Below are positions 62,465 to 64,000 of a DNA stretch of 64,000 bases, piece by piece; position 1 is the first letter of the stretch, and each line of letters begins with the position of its first letter. The stretch is from an uncultured Gemmatimonadota bacterium. GTDB lineage: Bacteria > GCA-2686955. A program made the position numbers and the translations under genes. The notes beneath the pieces were generated by a model that worked only from the letters and a program-made list of their open reading frames with translations, searched no databases and was not told where the DNA came from. Location of the stretch: assembly GCA_964490075.1 (NCBI GenBank), contig CAZBBK010000013.1, forward strand, positions 1 through 64,000, read 5' to 3'.

Positions 62465-63241
62465 TCAATCTTCGCCCAGGAGTTGCTCGATCAGCTCGAT
62501 CGCCTCCACCGCCTGCCCCTGGAAGTGGTTGTTGGCGTAGACGAATACGTTCTGCGCTTCCTCGAGCATGGTGCGGATGCGCGGCACCCACTCGCGCAGC
62601 TCGTCGGCCCGGTAGCGATAGTCGTAGCGTTGCCAGGCGTGCTCGTGCTCCCACCAGCGCTGAGTGTTGCGACCGTGAAGACGCAGATAGCCCGGCTCGG
62701 CGGTGACGATCGCGCTGCGCGGAGGCAGGCCGCGCAGCGCCGGCAGATCGACGCAGGCCAGGGCCGTGCCGCGACGCCGCAATCCCTCGGCGACCGAGGG
62801 ACGGACCCAGGAATCGTGCCGCAACTCGACCACCGCCGGATGGGCGTCGAAGGGCTCCAGGATCCGCGCCAGGTAGCGTCGGTTTTCCGCCGTGTAATGG
62901 AAGGAGAAGGGGAACTGCAGCAGCACTGGGCCCGGCCCCAGCGGTGAGATCGCGTCGAAGAACTCGCTCAGGATCGGCAGCGGATCCTGGCGTCGCACAT
63001 GGGTCACCTCGCCCGGCGCCTTGACGCTGAACACGAAATCGTCGCCGACCTTGGCGCGCATCGTTCCGTATGACACCTTCGATCCGACCCGGTAATAGGT
63101 CGAGTTGATCTCCACGGTGTCGAAGCGCTCGGCGTAGTAGCAGAGCCAGTCCGCGCGCGGCAGCTCGCGCGGGTAGATCGGGCCGACCCAATCGTCGTAG
63201 GCGTAGCCCGAGGTTCCGAGGCGCAGGCGGGCTCGTTCCAT
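62465..63241 (-). CDS. DUF72 (YecE-like) protein
   Basis: LGTSGYAY..W, VEINSTYY, LLQFP, YLRLHGRN, YANNH. Confidence 0.92.
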   Translation of the reverse strand: MERARLRLGTSGYAYDDWVGPIYPRELPRADWLCYYAERFDTVEINSTYYRVGSKVSYGTMRAKVGDDFVFSVKAPGEVTHVRRQDPLPILSEFFDAISPLGPGPVLLQFPFSFHYTAENRRYLARILEPFDAHPAVVELRHDSWVRPSVAEGLRRRGTALACVDLPALRGLPPRSAIVTAEPGYLRLHGRNTQRWWEHEHAWQRYDYRYRADELREWVPRIRTMLEEAQNVFVYANNHFQGQAVEAIELIEQLLGED

Positions 63242-63257
63242 GCAAGGAAGGATAGCC

Positions 63258-64000
63258 CTACGATGCGCCCTCGTGACCCCGTCCCAGACCTTCGGACCGG
63301 TAGGCGGCCAGGGTGCGCGCGGTGGCGGCGCGACCGCATTCGATGGCCTGCCGCGCCTTGTGCAGGTCGAAGGTCCCCACCGCGGCGAGGCGCGGGGCGA
63401 TCAGCACGTCGGGCGGATCGCCGGCCAGGCGGCTTCTGCCGATACGGTACTGAACGATGTCGAGGCTGCGGCTGATCACCTCCTGGAGGGAGGGGGCCAC
63501 CTCGGGAGGCGGGTCGGCGGTGGAGCGCTCGGAGAGCTCGCGCCGGAGCTGCGTGGCGCGCAGCCTCAGCTCCTTCCAGAAGCCCGTGCCTTCCTGCGCG
63601 GCGGCCGGTTCCTCCGGCGGATCCTCTTCGCCGCATTCCTCTGGGCCTTCGCTCTGCTCTTCGCCGAACACCACCGGATGCAGCAGCGTGGTCTGCAGGT
63701 CGACCGCGATCACCAGCTCCGCCCCGAGCACGCGGCAGAGCGAGACCGGGATCGAGTTCACCAGGCCGCCGTCGACCAACCACGCGCCGTCGATCTGGAT
63801 CGGGGCGACCAGGCCGGGCAGGGTCGCCGACGCCCGGATCGCCCGCAACAACGAGCCACTGCGCAGCCACACCTCGCGCCCGGTCTCGAGCTCGCAGGCG
63901 ACCGCGGCGAAGGGGATCGGCAACGACTCGATGGGACGATCGCGGACGTGGGTACGCAGGGCATGGAAGATCCGCTCGCCGCGGATCAGGCCGCCGCTGG
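63258..64000 (-). CDS. Patatin-like phospholipase (RssA-like), 5' part outside window
   Basis: IPFAAVA, AIRAS..PG, LVDGG, VIAVDL. Confidence 0.88.
   Translation of the reverse strand, partial: SGGLIRGERIFHALRTHVRDRPIESLPIPFAAVACELETGREVWLRSGSLLRAIRASATLPGLVAPIQIDGAWLVDGGLVNSIPVSLCRVLGAELVIAVDLQTTLLHPVVFGEEQSEGPEECGEEDPPEEPAAAQEGTGFWKELRLRATQLRRELSERSTADPPPEVAPSLQEVISRSLDIVQYRIGRSRLAGDPPDVLIAPRLAAVGTFDLHKARQAIECGRAATARTLAAYRSEGLGRGHEGAS

Overview
High-GC bacterial window, probably from an uncultured diderm lineage such as Eisenbacteria/Krumholzibacteriota/Latescibacterota. This placement is inferred only from the many FlgD-Ig 'PNPFNP' C-termini and an 'SWGALKA' tail. Housekeeping content includes tadA with two tRNA-Ser genes, fadH, lgt, tRNA-Arg(ACG)-trmJ, phoH-HD-ybeY-2xCNNM, mgtE-recO and mscS. 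It is interspersed with toxin-antitoxin modules, many internally deleted gene relics and an expanded family of secreted beta-helix proteins. The most notable items are: (1) a 1344-aa TPR-ClpA/B-like AAA+ protein fused to a GGQ-less release-factor-2 homolog; (2) a probable selenoprotein split by the ORF caller (Omp28/thioredoxin-like UxxC, SECIS-like hairpin, perfect sigma70 promoter) with Cys-containing paralogs in the same window; (3) a FAAL-desaturase-desaturase-ACP operon resembling alkyne/polyyne clusters, facing a third desaturase and a GNAT; (4) two copies of a 158-bp palindromic element with identical geometry. All family calls come from motif recognition by eye; no database searches were run.
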